Source of the DNA: Geosiphon pyriformis uo1
Taxonomy: Eukaryota > Fungi > Glomeromycota
Assembly (NCBI GenBank): GCA_016748015.1
Contig: JAAOMT010000135.1
Location: 496,001-560,000, forward strand
Length of the DNA: 64,000 nucleotides
Direction: 5' to 3'
The position numbers were made by a program, and so were the translations under genes. Every line of letters starts with the position of its first letter. Within the stretch, counting starts at the first letter, position 1. Under the pieces are notes generated by a model. That model worked only from the letters and a program-made list of their open reading frames with translations. It was not told the origin of the DNA and did no database searches. Shown here one piece after another: positions 62,601 to 64,000 of the stretch.

Positions 62601-64000
62601 AGAAGAAAGGTCTAGGCATAACCAAAGCTGTTCCTGTCCAAATCAATGGCATTAGTATTGAAACTAACATGAAAGTATCTGAAGCAAAAAATACACCATA
62701 ATAGTTGGCAATGAATGGCTCAAGAAAGCAAAAGTCTTGCTTGATTATGAACTTTGTGAACTGACCATCAGATGTGGTGAGAAACCCATTGTGGTTAAGT
62801 GTTGCCATTAGACAACTCCTTCAGTACCCAAACAAAGCCAAGAAGAAGAGTAATCAAATGAGTTAAATGATGAAGAAAGTGATGAAAAAGATGAACAAAA
62901 AGAACAAGAAGAAACTGCTGAACTTGTCTACACCATCTTTACTAGCAATGGCAAATCATTAGATAATGTCAAAGCAGATAAAGAAAAAATCATGGTAAAT
63001 GGCAAGCTGATCTGCTGGCCTTATTATGATATCCTTAGAAGAATCTTTGATCGAAAGCCTGGCAAGAAAGCCAAATACAATTATTGGTGGCATGGCCCTT
63101 ATGCCAGATGCTGGTACAATAAACCTTTGTATTCTCCCAGTGATGAATGCAAATCTTGCCTGATCTATTACAAAGATTGGGAACCAATCAGTTTGATACC
63201 CAAAGAAGAAATAAAAGAAGTACAGAAATCCTTTAAGAATAAACCACCTGAGATTCAATCACTTGTTGTAAAACAAAGAAAACCTTCCCCAAAAGAAAGA
63301 AAAGTAGATATTGAAAATCTATTGGTTAGAAATAGCCCAGTTATCTCAAAAGAAGGTGATACCCCTGAACAAACCCATGTAATACAACACACTATCACAA
63401 CCAGAAAAACTTGCTCTATATATTTGAAGTCTTATCAATCCAATCATCATAATGATGAGTTTATCAAGAAAGAGATAAACAGAATGAAAGATCTTGGATT
63501 CATACAAGAAACCAAGAGCAAATGGGCTTTCTCAGTTGTAGTGGTATCCAAAAAAGGTGGAACCCTATGCTTCTGTGTTGACTACTACCAATTAAATACC
63601 ATCACTATAAGAGACATGTACCCACTTCCCAAAATTGATGCAATGCTAGACAAATTCAATGGTGCTGCTTTCTTCTCAACTATTGACTTAACTGCTGGAT
63701 TCTGGCAAGTAGAGATGGATCCAAAAAGCAGAAAAAAAACTGTCTTCATCACCAAGTATGGCACTTATGAATTCATGGTTATGTCTTTTGGTCTCACAAA
63801 TGTCTCTTTCACTTTTCAATGCCTAATGGACAAGATGTTTGAATCAGTAAAAGAAAACTTTGTTCTAGTTTACTTGGATGATATAATAGTATACTCAAAA
63901 ACCTGGGATGAACACCTTGAACATTTGCAAAAGGTTTTTGACCTGCTCAGGAATGCTAGCCTTAAGATCAACCCAATCAAATCTTTCTTTGAATGTCAAT
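59633..64000 (+). mobile_element. Ty3/Gypsy element (LTR type D 59633-60397, PBS 60404-60420, gag, PR, RT), runs off the window
   Basis: TGTTATGG..CCATAACA termini, PBS TGGTGCTCCCTGTGAGG, knuckle CYCCGLTGHFSRDC, LILDSGS, YLDD near 63871. Multiple stops; no dUTPase seen between PR and RT. Confidence 0.92.
59721..59862. repeat. 12-bp tandem array (TGATCATTGACC-like, about 12 copies) in LTR-D
   Basis: Seen directly; it generates the spurious VNDQ-repeat ORF. Confidence 0.9.

Overview
Eukaryotic, intron-containing, very AT-rich fungal DNA. Gene structure (short GT-AG introns of about 70-115 nt) and the TE families suggest a Glomeromycotina-like fungus; this is inference. The window has three zones. 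(1) 1-2800: hypermutated TE debris, including an ORF1-only LINE derivative. (2) About 5.1-18.5 kb: a gene island with five genes: an orphan low-complexity protein, an 8-exon thioredoxin + DUF442 (BLH/PTP-like) fusion that the ORF track misses, a CBS-domain protein with a GC-AG intron, an NZF/SIM-containing RBR E3 ligase, and a mitochondrial carnitine/acylcarnitine carrier. (3) About 19-64 kb: a deeply nested stack of Ty3/Gypsy LTR elements (at least five LTR types, several with dUTPase) and LINEs with RNase H, showing an age-graded C>T/G>A hypermutation. The most striking observation is in the carrier gene: it appears to use three consecutive single-nucleotide (G) exons, separated by four normal-sized introns, to complete a conserved Gly-Val in its third carrier repeat.
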